This document shows, piece by piece, positions 33,052-43,614 of a DNA stretch of 64,000 nt. How positions within the stretch are numbered: the first letter of the stretch is position 1; each line of letters begins with the position of its first letter. Under the pieces are notes generated by a model. It was not told the DNA's origin. It ran no database searches and saw nothing but the letters and a program-made list of their open reading frames with translations. This DNA comes from Bacillota bacterium (GTDB lineage: Bacteria > Bacillota > JAAYKD01), in contig OY762825.2 of assembly GCA_963666425.2 (NCBI GenBank), positions 2,688,001 to 2,752,000 on the forward strand, written 5' to 3'. The position numbers and the translations under genes are program-made.

Positions 33052-36000
33052 ATGAGAAAGAAAATTCTGTTGCTTTTGCTTGTCTTCTTGATGATGCTTT
33101 CCATCACGCCAATCGTTAACGCTGGAACTAACCCTGGACAAGTTAATTTGAAAATGGAGTCTGTTGGAACTACAGGAGCCTATAAGCTTGTGATTTCTGC
33201 AGGTGCGACCAATGGTATTCAAGCTTGTGACGTGATACTTTCCTATGACAATACTATTTTGACACCGATAAGAAAATCTAAAATTCTTGCTGCAACACCT
33301 ATTATTGAAACTGTACCAATCAGCGATGAAGCCGCAGTAGTAACACCATTTAATATTACAGCGATGGATACAGATGATACCCTTTATGCACAAACAACAC
33401 CTTTATGGAAAGTTCATGGATCCAGAACGGCTTTTAGGACTGGTGTTTATATTGCCAGTGCAAGTAGTGTTTCGCAAAGTTTTAGCCTTGATTCGATGTT
33501 TGAAATGTACTTTATTATTGCTAACGGAAAGTCAACTGCAGATTTCAGTAAATCGACGATTAAAATCGAATCTGCATGGGGTACTTCCGATTCTGATTCA
33601 TTCCTAATGGATTATTTTAATGTTCCTGCAGGAGCTTTAGCTGTTAATCAAGCTAATGATATTGCTGGATTAGCGTTAAAACAGGCTAATACGGTATTGC
33701 TTTATAGTAAACAAGCGAATGCAAGCGAAAGTCAAATCGATCTTACATATGACTACCCCAACAGCACAGTGGCTGCTTTAGGCAGTATTACTCTGTCTAC
33801 GCCGCTAAACGTTACAACCATAGATATCCCTGGGAATACAGTAAACACGCCCAACACATTAACCCTTTCAGCGGCAGCGCTTGATACGGAGGGTGATCCC
33901 TATACTTCACCGGTTAGCGGAACATGGTCTCTGGTTGAAGGTTATCCTGCCGGAGTGACTCTGACACCTGGTTCACCGGATGGATTACAGGCAACTCTCT
34001 CAGTTCCGGCCGGCACTTCAATTGGAACCGCGACCGTGAAATTCACGTCCGGTAGTGTGGAAGCGAGCAAAACAATCACAATCCAGAAAGCAGCCTCCGT
34101 AGCTTCCTCCGTCAAGTTGTATAAAGATGCCACACTCTTAACCACAAATTCAGAAACTCTGATTGTTCCTGATCCCGGTTCAGCTGACATGCATCAACTC
34201 TATCAGGCAGAAGTCTATGATCAATATGATGTATTGATGCCGGCTGCCGTTGTGGATTGGACAGCCAGTACCGGAACCAATGTGACTCATTCTCTGGGTG
34301 CAGATAACAAGCAAGTTTATATCGATATTGCCAATGGCGCGCAACCCGGTGGATATCTCCTAAAGGTCAAAGTAGGAAGCACAGAGTTACTGCAGTATAG
34401 CATTCATTCGGTGCGTACTGTCCTGAGCGGCATGTTTGCAGCGATCAGTGATCAAGCTTATACCGGCAGTCAAATCACACCTACTCTTACGAATGGAGTC
34501 GGATCCAATCTGGTATTGAATACTGATTATACCGTTGCTTATGGCAGTAATATCACGGTCGGCAATGGCACAGCTGTTGTAACCGGTATCGGCAACTACA
34601 CCGGCACCGCCACCTTGAATTTTGCGATTACACCGAAAATGCTGACACTTGATGTAAGAGCCAATAACAAAACCTATGATGGCAAGACGACTGGCGAAGG
34701 TGCGGTCAACATTTTAGGTCAAGCCGTTGGCGATGATGTCGCGGTGACCGGAACCTTTACCTTCACTGACGCGAATGCAGCCGATAGTAAGACAGTATTA
34801 GTGACCGGTATTACGCTCTCCGGAGAAGATGCAGCCAATTATACGGTTGCCAGCACCGAAACAACCTCGGCAAATATTGATAAAGCATGGCTGTATGCAA
34901 CGGTCGAAGATGCCAGTAAAGTTTATGGAACTGCCAATCCGGATTTCCCGGTCGCGGTGGCTGGCTTTGTCAATGGTGAGAATGGCAATACAGCAGCCGG
35001 TTATATAGCGCCTACTGCTTCAAGTCTTGCCGACACTACAACACATGTCGGAACAGCAGAGATTGGTATAACGAGTATCGATGCAGCCAATTACCAATTT
35101 GATAGTACGGATAAAGCAACTCTAACAATTACCAAGCGGGCATTGACTGCAACAGCAACCGCCGATAACAAAGATTACGATGGTCTCACGATTTCATCCG
35201 GTTCGATCAGTTTAGCAGGATTTGTCAACGGCGATCTAGGCACAGCAACCGGCAGCTTTGCCTTCAGCGATGCCACTGTTGGGATTGATAAAACTGTAAA
35301 TGTCTCGAATATTGTTCTGGATGAAGTATCAGCTGCCAATTATACCGTCAATACTTCCGCAGCAGCAACGGCCACGATCAGCAAAGCGAAGTTGACTGCC
35401 ACCGTAGAAGATTCAAGTAAAATCTATGGTTCAGTCAATCCGACTTTCCCGGTTACGGTGACTGGCTTTGCAAGCGGTGAGTCAGCAGTGAATGCGGCAA
35501 ACTATACTGCACCTACTGCTTCGAGTTCTGCTGATACAACAACAATCGTAGGAACAACACCGGCTATTACGATAAGCGGTGGAGCAGCGACCAACTATTT
35601 CTTTGATATCGCTGATACAGCCATATTGTCGATCACTCCCAAGTTATTGACTGCTACGGCGACAGCCAACGACAAAGTCTATGATGGCAAAACGGATGCA
35701 ACGGGAACGATCAGTCTCGCAGGCACGATTAACAATGATGTTGTGACAGTAAGCGGAACCTTCCAGTTTGCTAACAAAAATGTAGATCATTTAGGAAATG
35801 CTATGACTGTGAATGTCTCAGGCATTACGCTTGGCGGAGCAAATGCAGCGAATTATACCGTCAATACGGAAACAGTGACCAGTGCGATGATCACAAGAGC
35901 GGTGCTGATCGCAACCGTGGGTGATTACAGCCGCGAATATGGCGCGTTAAATCCCGATTTCAGTGTCACTGTAGAAGGATTTGTCGGTGGAGACACTGCA

Positions 36001-39000
36001 CAAACCGATGCAGATTATTCCGCGCCAGCCGCAGGAACCGGTGCGAATTTAGAGACCGGTATCGGACCAGTTGAAATTACCATCAGCGGCGGTACTTCCT
36101 GGAACTATAGCTTCAATAACAGCGACAAGGGGACATTAACCGTCACAGCCAAAGCTCTGACTGCGACAGCCACTGCCGTAAATAAAGAATACGATGGTTT
36201 GATTTCTGCCAGCGGAAACATTGTTTTAGCTGGTTTGGTTAATAATGATCCGGTTGTTGCTTCCGGCAACTTTACCTTTGATTCACCGAATGCGGCAGCA
36301 AGCAAGACGGTTAATGTTCATGGAATCACACTAAACGGTATCAACAGCGGAAATTATACCGTCAATCTATCTGCCACCACAACAGCCGCTATTACGAAAG
36401 CTCCCCTGACAGCTACTGTTGGCAACTACTCGAAAATTTACAGAGAAAACAATCCCGCTTTTACTGTTGATGTGACCGGATTTGTCAATGGCGAAAACAG
36501 CACAGCGGCGGGATATCAGGCACCGACAGCGATTTGTTCCGCAAATGCCAGCTCCAACGTGGGTGACTACACAATCAGCCTGATTGGCGGAGCAGCCGAG
36601 AATTACAGTTTCAATACCAGCGATACCGCTACCTTGACGATAAATAGAAAATCACTGAACAACGTGCAGGTAGATGCTATTGCCGACCAAGCCTATACGG
36701 GAAGCACAATTAACCCAACGGTTGTCGTCACAGATGGGCTTAACACACTTAATTTAGCAGCCGATTACTCCGTTCAATACGGCGCTGCAATCGATGTCGG
36801 CTCGGTCGCCATCACAATTACCGGTTTGAATAACTACATCGATAATACCGGAGTATCCTTCAATATTGTCAAAGCTCCGTATACCGCCGGTTTGACTAAA
36901 ACGAGTCTGGTTGTCAGCAATACAGCTGCAATTGGTAAGTCATACAACCTGGGCGGACAGTTGACGGCTGGTTTCAAGGATGTCGTCTACAGTTCACTGC
37001 AATATACGGGCAATGAAGCCGGTTTGTTGACCGGTGTACCATCCATCTCGTCAGAGGGTATGATTACCTACGATGTGTCAGCCAAAACCAAAAACACGAG
37101 CGGTGTCATCAGCGTTGTTGTCAGCAGTAAGAATTATGCGGATGTAACTGCATTGATTACGATTCAGGTGACCGATGTGGTTCCCACCTGGACCCCTGTC
37201 GACACCTTAATCTCCGGTGCCGCCTATACCTATGGTGATATGAACGGAAAGGTTGCTTTACCTGCCTCCGGTTCTGCTGTAGCAGGCGATGTGACTGTCG
37301 AAGGAACCTTTACCTATAAAGATGCCTCTGTTGTTCAATCCCAAGGCGCAAAAATGATCACGGTGATCTTTACAGTCAGCAGCGCAGGCAACTATTTTGC
37401 TACAGAAGTTGAAAAAGATTACAATATCACGATTGCCGCAAAACCGATTACCGTGACTGCGGATCATCAAAGCCAGTATTATGGCGAAGTAAATCCGACC
37501 CTCACCTTTACTCACAATCCTGCCGACTTGGTTGGTAGTGATACAAAAGCGACACTGGCAGCGGGCTTAAGCTTAGTCTATCAGCCGGTAACCGATTATG
37601 CTGCCGGTGCTGTTGTGGCAATTAACGGCCAGGATAATAACAGCAGCGATAATTACGCAATTACAGTCACTTCGGGCAGCCTGACCATTCAGAAAGCGGA
37701 TATCAGCAGCATTACCACCGCGAATCCTGCGCTTGGTATTCTGGCAAACGACGCCAGCAATACTACACTGGATACTCTAAAGAGTTTGTTGCCTGCCAAT
37801 GTGGATATTGCCTTCGGTACTGCCGGCACAGCGACCTTACCGATCACTTGGGCTTACACCGCCAATCCGGTCTTCAACGTGAAAGGTGCGGTTTATACGC
37901 TGAATGGCAGCGTCACTCCGGGAACCAACTTCAATGCGTATACCAACCCCTATACCGCCAGCATCACGGTGACACCGGTGATTGGTACAGTAACAACCAA
38001 CCTGCCTCTTTCCGTCACGGTGGCGCAGGCTACAGCGAACGCCGCCGATGCCTATGATGATTTTGGCTTGCCGACGTCGCTGAGCTTCAGCTTCGATCAG
38101 AGCGTAACTGCGGCAACCTACACGAATTTACTTTGGGATAAAACAGTGTCCACGCTGAAAGCAATCCCTGTAGAAAGTCAAACAGTTATCACAATGGTTC
38201 AAGGAAATGCAACCGGTAATGTCCCAACCTGGATTACCTTAACATCTCCTGTGGCGATTACGGTAAAAGTAACGGCAAAACTGGTCATCCCGGAAGCGAG
38301 CATCAGCTTAACACCTGCGGTGATCACTTATGGCGATACTTATACGCCTACCGCAAGCTTAACCGGCAGTTATGGCGACACGACACCGGCAGTCACTTAC
38401 AGTTACCAAAATGCCAGCGGCACAGCGCTCGCTGCGCAGCCAAGCAATGCCGGCAACTATTATGTGACGGCCACCTATGAGAACGCCACGCACAAAGGCA
38501 GCAAGCAAGTCAGTTTGACGATCAATGCCAAACCGTTAACGCTGGCCATGTTCGAAGTGCTTCCTGCAGTCACTTACACCGGCAATCAATTCAGACCGGA
38601 GCCGGTCGTGGCAGCAGGTGCATCTCTAGTCAAAGACACCGATTATCTGGTAACCTATGCCGCCAATCTCCAGGTTGGTGCGGGAACCGTGACGGTAACC
38701 GGCAATGGCAATTACTCCGGCAGCGTCGATTTAACCTTTGCGATCAATATCAGACCGATTACGGCAGATCTTTTTACTGCGCTTCCGGCTGTGACTTATC
38801 AAGGCAGTCAGTTTACACCGGACCCGATTCAGGCGAACGGTTATGCGTTGGTTAAAAATACCGATTACACCCTCTCATACGGCGCCAACCTCAATGCCGG
38901 TGTGGGCAGCGTGATTGTAAGCGGCGGGGCGAATTGCTCAGGCAGTGCGACTTTAACCTTTACAATCAATCCGGCAGCAATCAGCTCGGTTATGTTTAAT

Positions 39001-41199
39001 ACACTGGGCAATGAAACGTATACCAGAAACCAAATTACACCGCTGCCAACTGTCGCAGCAGGCTATAGTCTAGTGAAAGATACGGATTATACCCTGAGCT
39101 ATACCGCTAATACCAATATTGGCAGCGGGACGGTGACGGTGACCGGTATCAACAACTATAGCGGCAGTTTTAACCTTGGCTTTACCATCTTACCGCAAAG
39201 TATTACCTCCGCCATGTTCCAGGCTATTCCGGCTGTCACTTATACCGGCACAGCTATCACTCCCGATCCGTCCGTTGCCGCTGGTTATACTTTAGTAAAG
39301 AATACTGATTATCAGCTGGCTTATACCGCCAATACCAATGCCGGCACCGGCAGCGTTACGGTGAGCGGGATCGGCAATTACACCGGAAGTATCGTGCTGA
39401 ACTTTACGATTCAGCCGGCACCGCTGCAGTCAACTATGTTCCAAACCCTTGCAGATGCCGCTTATACCGGCCTGCAGATCAAACCGGAGCCGCTCGTTGC
39501 TGTTGGTTCTGCTTTGCAGAAGACAAGAGATTATGTGTTGACTTATGCGGCCAACCTATTACCGGGCGGAGCAATCGTTACGGTCAGCGGTACTGGCAAC
39601 TACAGCGGCAGTGTTGATTTACCCTTTACCATTACGGTCAGAGTTCTGACAGCAGACATGTTCAGACCGATTGCCACACGAATTTATAACACACATCAGC
39701 AGACACCCGAACCGGTCACCGTAGAAGGTTATGCGCTCGTCAAAGACACGGATTACAGCGTCAGCTTTGGAGAGAATCTGCGTGTTGGGACTGGCACCGT
39801 TACGGTGACGGCAATTGAACCCGGAAATTGCAGCGGCAGTGTGGTTCTCAGCTTCAGAATCGAAGAAGAGGATTTAACTCCTGTTGTCCCGGTCACCCCG
39901 CCTGTCATCCCGCCGGTTACTCCTCCCGTCACCCCACCTGTTGAAAACCCGATTGTCGTCTTCGTCAATGGTCAGGATCGACCGGTTGGAGCCTTGACTA
40001 CAGAAACGACACCAGCAGGCAACACAGAACAAACCATCACGATCAATGATACCGAAATGAATACCGCCTTAACAGATACTGCCAATGGTGCAACCATCAC
40101 GCTGCCCTTTACGGAGCCATCCGCTGCTTATATCAGCACATTGAACGGACAAACAGTCAGCAGCATGGAACAAAGAGAAGCCGTCTTGGAAATCAGAACA
40201 GAGAATGTGACTTACACCATACCGGCGTCCGAAATCAATATTGACAGTATTTCGAGTCAGCTCGGTCAGCAAGTGGAGCTGAGAGATATTCAGGTATCCA
40301 TCAGCATCACAGAATCGTCAGCCGAAACCGCCAGAATTGTAGAGGATACGGCCAACAGAAACCATTATAGTGTGGTTGTGCAGCCAGTCGATTTCGAAAT
40401 TACCTGCACAAGCGGTACTACTACCGTTGATGTATCTCGTTTCAATGCCTATGTGGAAAGATTGATTGCGATTCCGGATGGTATTGATCCTTCCAGAATT
40501 ACCACCGGTATTGTGCTGAACAGTGATGGAACCTTCAGTCATGTGCCTACCACCATCGTTAATATCGGCGGCAAATACTTTGCCAAGATCAATTCCCTGA
40601 CCAATTCTACCTATTCAGTCATCTATAGTCCGGTTACCTTTGGCGATACTGCCGGTCATTGGGCAGTCGATGCGATCCAGAACATGGGTTCCCGTTTGAT
40701 CGTATCCGGCATGGGCGATGGCAACTACGAACCAAACAGAGCGATCACCCGCGCAGAATTTGCTGCCATCCTGGTTAGAGCCTTGGGATTGCAAAGAGCT
40801 GCCGGTGTGACCAATTTCCCGGATGTGGCGAGTACAGACTGGTTTGCCGGTTCTGTGCAGACTGCAGTGGAATATGGTCTGATTGCCGGTTATGACAATG
40901 GCAAATTCGGCCCGCTCGATAATATCACCCGCGAACAGGCGATGACGATGATTGCCAGAGCGATGAAGTTGACCCAACTGCAGGCAGATTTCTCAACAGA
41001 AGAAATCACTGCCGTTTTGGCTGGCTTTACCGATGCAGCCGAGACGTTTGACTACGCCAAAGCCGGAATCGCCGCCTGCGTGAAAAATGGTATCGTGTCC
41101 GGCCGCAGTGCAGCTATTCTTGCTCCGAAAGCCAGCATCACACGTGCGGAAGTTGCTGTGATCATTGAGCAATTGCTGCAGGAAAGCAATCTGATTTAG
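33052..41199 (+). CDS. Giant SLH-anchored surface protein (~2715 aa): cohesin-like N-terminus, YDG/MBG repeats, Ig-like repeats, three SLH domains
   Basis: SD GGAGGAG, signal peptide; four alternating NK.YDG / SK.YG..NP.F modules; six tandem 74-aa repeats (38530-39865); PVTPP linker; GHWA..ITRAEFA, ITREQA, ITRAEVA SLH motifs. Confidence 0.85.
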   Translation: MRKKILLLLLVFLMMLSITPIVNAGTNPGQVNLKMESVGTTGAYKLVISAGATNGIQACDVILSYDNTILTPIRKSKILAATPIIETVPISDEAAVVTPFNITAMDTDDTLYAQTTPLWKVHGSRTAFRTGVYIASASSVSQSFSLDSMFEMYFIIANGKSTADFSKSTIKIESAWGTSDSDSFLMDYFNVPAGALAVNQANDIAGLALKQANTVLLYSKQANASESQIDLTYDYPNSTVAALGSITLSTPLNVTTIDIPGNTVNTPNTLTLSAAALDTEGDPYTSPVSGTWSLVEGYPAGVTLTPGSPDGLQATLSVPAGTSIGTATVKFTSGSVEASKTITIQKAASVASSVKLYKDATLLTTNSETLIVPDPGSADMHQLYQAEVYDQYDVLMPAAVVDWTASTGTNVTHSLGADNKQVYIDIANGAQPGGYLLKVKVGSTELLQYSIHSVRTVLSGMFAAISDQAYTGSQITPTLTNGVGSNLVLNTDYTVAYGSNITVGNGTAVVTGIGNYTGTATLNFAITPKMLTLDVRANNKTYDGKTTGEGAVNILGQAVGDDVAVTGTFTFTDANAADSKTVLVTGITLSGEDAANYTVASTETTSANIDKAWLYATVEDASKVYGTANPDFPVAVAGFVNGENGNTAAGYIAPTASSLADTTTHVGTAEIGITSIDAANYQFDSTDKATLTITKRALTATATADNKDYDGLTISSGSISLAGFVNGDLGTATGSFAFSDATVGIDKTVNVSNIVLDEVSAANYTVNTSAAATATISKAKLTATVEDSSKIYGSVNPTFPVTVTGFASGESAVNAANYTAPTASSSADTTTIVGTTPAITISGGAATNYFFDIADTAILSITPKLLTATATANDKVYDGKTDATGTISLAGTINNDVVTVSGTFQFANKNVDHLGNAMTVNVSGITLGGANAANYTVNTETVTSAMITRAVLIATVGDYSREYGALNPDFSVTVEGFVGGDTAQTDADYSAPAAGTGANLETGIGPVEITISGGTSWNYSFNNSDKGTLTVTAKALTATATAVNKEYDGLISASGNIVLAGLVNNDPVVASGNFTFDSPNAAASKTVNVHGITLNGINSGNYTVNLSATTTAAITKAPLTATVGNYSKIYRENNPAFTVDVTGFVNGENSTAAGYQAPTAICSANASSNVGDYTISLIGGAAENYSFNTSDTATLTINRKSLNNVQVDAIADQAYTGSTINPTVVVTDGLNTLNLAADYSVQYGAAIDVGSVAITITGLNNYIDNTGVSFNIVKAPYTAGLTKTSLVVSNTAAIGKSYNLGGQLTAGFKDVVYSSLQYTGNEAGLLTGVPSISSEGMITYDVSAKTKNTSGVISVVVSSKNYADVTALITIQVTDVVPTWTPVDTLISGAAYTYGDMNGKVALPASGSAVAGDVTVEGTFTYKDASVVQSQGAKMITVIFTVSSAGNYFATEVEKDYNITIAAKPITVTADHQSQYYGEVNPTLTFTHNPADLVGSDTKATLAAGLSLVYQPVTDYAAGAVVAINGQDNNSSDNYAITVTSGSLTIQKADISSITTANPALGILANDASNTTLDTLKSLLPANVDIAFGTAGTATLPITWAYTANPVFNVKGAVYTLNGSVTPGTNFNAYTNPYTASITVTPVIGTVTTNLPLSVTVAQATANAADAYDDFGLPTSLSFSFDQSVTAATYTNLLWDKTVSTLKAIPVESQTVITMVQGNATGNVPTWITLTSPVAITVKVTAKLVIPEASISLTPAVITYGDTYTPTASLTGSYGDTTPAVTYSYQNASGTALAAQPSNAGNYYVTATYENATHKGSKQVSLTINAKPLTLAMFEVLPAVTYTGNQFRPEPVVAAGASLVKDTDYLVTYAANLQVGAGTVTVTGNGNYSGSVDLTFAINIRPITADLFTALPAVTYQGSQFTPDPIQANGYALVKNTDYTLSYGANLNAGVGSVIVSGGANCSGSATLTFTINPAAISSVMFNTLGNETYTRNQITPLPTVAAGYSLVKDTDYTLSYTANTNIGSGTVTVTGINNYSGSFNLGFTILPQSITSAMFQAIPAVTYTGTAITPDPSVAAGYTLVKNTDYQLAYTANTNAGTGSVTVSGIGNYTGSIVLNFTIQPAPLQSTMFQTLADAAYTGLQIKPEPLVAVGSALQKTRDYVLTYAANLLPGGAIVTVSGTGNYSGSVDLPFTITVRVLTADMFRPIATRIYNTHQQTPEPVTVEGYALVKDTDYSVSFGENLRVGTGTVTVTAIEPGNCSGSVVLSFRIEEEDLTPVVPVTPPVIPPVTPPVTPPVENPIVVFVNGQDRPVGALTTETTPAGNTEQTITINDTEMNTALTDTANGATITLPFTEPSAAYISTLNGQTVSSMEQREAVLEIRTENVTYTIPASEINIDSISSQLGQQVELRDIQVSISITESSAETARIVEDTANRNHYSVVVQPVDFEITCTSGTTTVDVSRFNAYVERLIAIPDGIDPSRITTGIVLNSDGTFSHVPTTIVNIGGKYFAKINSLTNSTYSVIYSPVTFGDTAGHWAVDAIQNMGSRLIVSGMGDGNYEPNRAITRAEFAAILVRALGLQRAAGVTNFPDVASTDWFAGSVQTAVEYGLIAGYDNGKFGPLDNITREQAMTMIARAMKLTQLQADFSTEEITAVLAGFTDAAETFDYAKAGIAACVKNGIVSGRSAAILAPKASITRAEVAVIIEQLLQESNLI

Positions 41200-41210
41200 G
41201 TCAATCATAA

Positions 41211-41288
41211 AAGAAAGGCTCCTCATCCGGTCATGGCAGTAACCAGCATCTGCCAAGACCGCAGGGGGAGCCTTTCTTCATCTTTTTA
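41211..41288 (+). terminator. Long hairpin terminator
   Basis: AGAAAGGCTCC..GGAGCCTTTCT with internal CGGTC/GACCG and TGGCAG/CTGCCA stems. Confidence 0.65.
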
Positions 41289-41400
41289 GCGAATTGTTTG
41301 TCCAAACGGCTTATTTCTTGCCAAAGGAAGGAAAGAATCAGGGCAAAGACGAATCATGATAGCATTGGAATCTATAAAAAAGAGTAGGAGTGGATTTGAT

Positions 41401-42585
41401 ATGGAGTATATTTTTGCAAAGCGAATCTCATCGCTTCAGCCTTCAGCGATCCGGGAAATCTTAAAAGCGACAGCGAATCCAAAAATCATCCCCTTTGCTG
41501 CAGGTAACCCGGCGCCGGAAGCATTCCCTGTGCAAGCGATCGTGCGCTTCACCGAAGAAATTTATGCAGAAAATCCAATTTCAGCGCTGCAATATTCTTT
41601 ATCGGAAGGTTATCCCGCTTTACGGGAAACATTAAAAGGATACCTGAAACAAAACTTTAATATTGGCCGCGAGTTCGACTCGATCAATATTGTTTCCGGC
41701 GGACAGCAAGTAATGGATTTTGCTGCCAAAGTCCTCTGCAATGAAGGCGATACGGTTATCTGTGAAGATCCCAGTTTTATCGGCAGCCTGAATACTTTTC
41801 GTTCCTATGATTTAAACCTGGTAGGTTTACCCATGGAGGAGGATGGTATCCGTCCGGAAGACCTGGAAACGGCTTTAAAAAGTAATCCCAGAACTAAACT
41901 GATTTATTTAATTCCCAATTTTCAGAATCCAACCGGCCGAACCATGAGCCTTGCCAAACGGAAAGCCGTCTATGAGTTGGCTGTTAAATACAATGTCATG
42001 ATTCTGGAAGACAATCCTTATGGTGAATTGCGTTTTAGCGGCACAGCGGTGCCTGCCATCAAATCGTTCGATGAAGCCGGTGCAGTGATTTATGCCGGTA
42101 GTTTTTCTAAGGTGATCGCCCCCGGCATCCGGGTTGGATTTGTTTGCGCACCGTCAGTCATCACGGCAAAAATGACCATCGCGAAACAAGCCAGCGATGT
42201 GCATACCAATATTTTAGCACAGATGGTCTGCGATCGGCTGTTAACCAAGTATGATTTTCTGGCGCATTTGGAAAATCTACGTCAGATTTATCGCCGCAAA
42301 GCGGAATTGATGTTAGCTCAGCTAGATGAGTATATGCCAAGTGTGGTTCATACCGTACCCGAGGGGGGCCTTTTCGTTTGGTGTTACCTTCCGGCAGGAA
42401 TCGATATAACCACGTTTGCGCGCGAAGCTCTGCTCAATCAGGTAGCTGTCGTACCGGGTAATAATTTCTTTACGGATTCCACTCAACCCACACAGGCAGT
42501 ACGCCTAAATTATTCCACACCGACTGATGAGCAAATTATAAAGGGAATTCAGATTCTTGCCAAACTCTTAAACGAGTGGAAATAA
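41401..42585 (+). CDS. PLP-dependent aminotransferase class I/II (LysN/Aro8-like)
   Basis: PSAIREIL, AAGNP, PNFQNPTG, EDNPY, SFSKVIAPGIRVG. Confidence 0.9.
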   Translation: MEYIFAKRISSLQPSAIREILKATANPKIIPFAAGNPAPEAFPVQAIVRFTEEIYAENPISALQYSLSEGYPALRETLKGYLKQNFNIGREFDSINIVSGGQQVMDFAAKVLCNEGDTVICEDPSFIGSLNTFRSYDLNLVGLPMEEDGIRPEDLETALKSNPRTKLIYLIPNFQNPTGRTMSLAKRKAVYELAVKYNVMILEDNPYGELRFSGTAVPAIKSFDEAGAVIYAGSFSKVIAPGIRVGFVCAPSVITAKMTIAKQASDVHTNILAQMVCDRLLTKYDFLAHLENLRQIYRRKAELMLAQLDEYMPSVVHTVPEGGLFVWCYLPAGIDITTFAREALLNQVAVVPGNNFFTDSTQPTQAVRLNYSTPTDEQIIKGIQILAKLLNEWK

Positions 42586-42674
42586 ACAGGCAGGGTTGAT
42601 CCCGTAACGACTGGGCCGTCTCAATGCTTGAGATGGCCTCTCTATTTGAAGCGCTGTTGAAGGAGGGATACTGC

Positions 42675-43598
42675 ATGCCGCGCGGAAGACACAATAGAAA
42701 GCATGTAAAAAAGGGATCTCACGGGTTTTTTCTTTTGTTGATCAGCATGACTGCAGCCTTAATCCTGGGATTTTTCCTCAGCCCGCTGGTGATCAAATGG
42801 ATTGATAAGGATTTCTCGAGCCCTGTTTTAACCGATTTCAGCCAGACGCTGCAAACGACGAAGGATTATTTTCAGCAATCTTTCTCCTTCCTAACCGAAT
42901 TCGTCACCGCGAAATCCGGCGATGCCAAGCAAGAGGAGCAGAAAACAACCGATCAATCCAAATCAGCAGCAAATACAGAGAACCAGACTGCCAAGCCAGA
43001 ACAGGAGCAGCCAAGTGTGCAGAAGCCGGCCGCTTCTTATCTGCTGCAGTTTGCCGCTTATGAGGTCAAATCGATTCGGGTTGCAACCATTGCTTCGGAG
43101 GAGAGAGCCAAGACTGAGCTGATTACTCTGGCCGAGAAAGGGTTTTCTGCCAGCGTGGTCAGAAGCGGAGAATATGCCGCGGTGCAGGTAGGCGCTTTTT
43201 TGAGCGAAGCAGAAGCGAAACCGTCCTTATTGCAATTGCAGGCGGATGATTATCCCGATGCCTATCTCACATCGTGGCAGATCAAATCCACCAGCGTCAA
43301 ACGAAATTATGCGGAACAGGCACTGGATCCCATCGGCAATGCCGTACAAGGGTTAGATGCGGCGTTGGCTGCCAGCCTGTCGGCTGAATCATCGGTCAAG
43401 CCGGAAGTGATCCGGCAGAGAGTGGAAGCACTGCAAAATGCGCCAGTCCAATTCAGCCGTCAGGAACAACAAACACTCTGGCAGCAGTCTCTACAAGGCT
43501 TGCTGACTTATCTGCAAGACAGCGGAACCGAAAAATCCAATCAGCGGCTGCAGTTAATTGAAGCAATTTTAACACTGCGCAGCTGGTGCACGCCATAA
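42675..43598 (+). CDS. Membrane-anchored SPOR-domain protein
   Basis: Basic N-terminus plus TM, low-complexity linker, VQVGAF.SEAEA SPOR-like motif. Confidence 0.6.
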   Translation: MPRGRHNRKHVKKGSHGFFLLLISMTAALILGFFLSPLVIKWIDKDFSSPVLTDFSQTLQTTKDYFQQSFSFLTEFVTAKSGDAKQEEQKTTDQSKSAANTENQTAKPEQEQPSVQKPAASYLLQFAAYEVKSIRVATIASEERAKTELITLAEKGFSASVVRSGEYAAVQVGAFLSEAEAKPSLLQLQADDYPDAYLTSWQIKSTSVKRNYAEQALDPIGNAVQGLDAALAASLSAESSVKPEVIRQRVEALQNAPVQFSRQEQQTLWQQSLQGLLTYLQDSGTEKSNQRLQLIEAILTLRSWCTP

Positions 43599-43614
43599 AT
43601 CGAGGTGATAGCAT

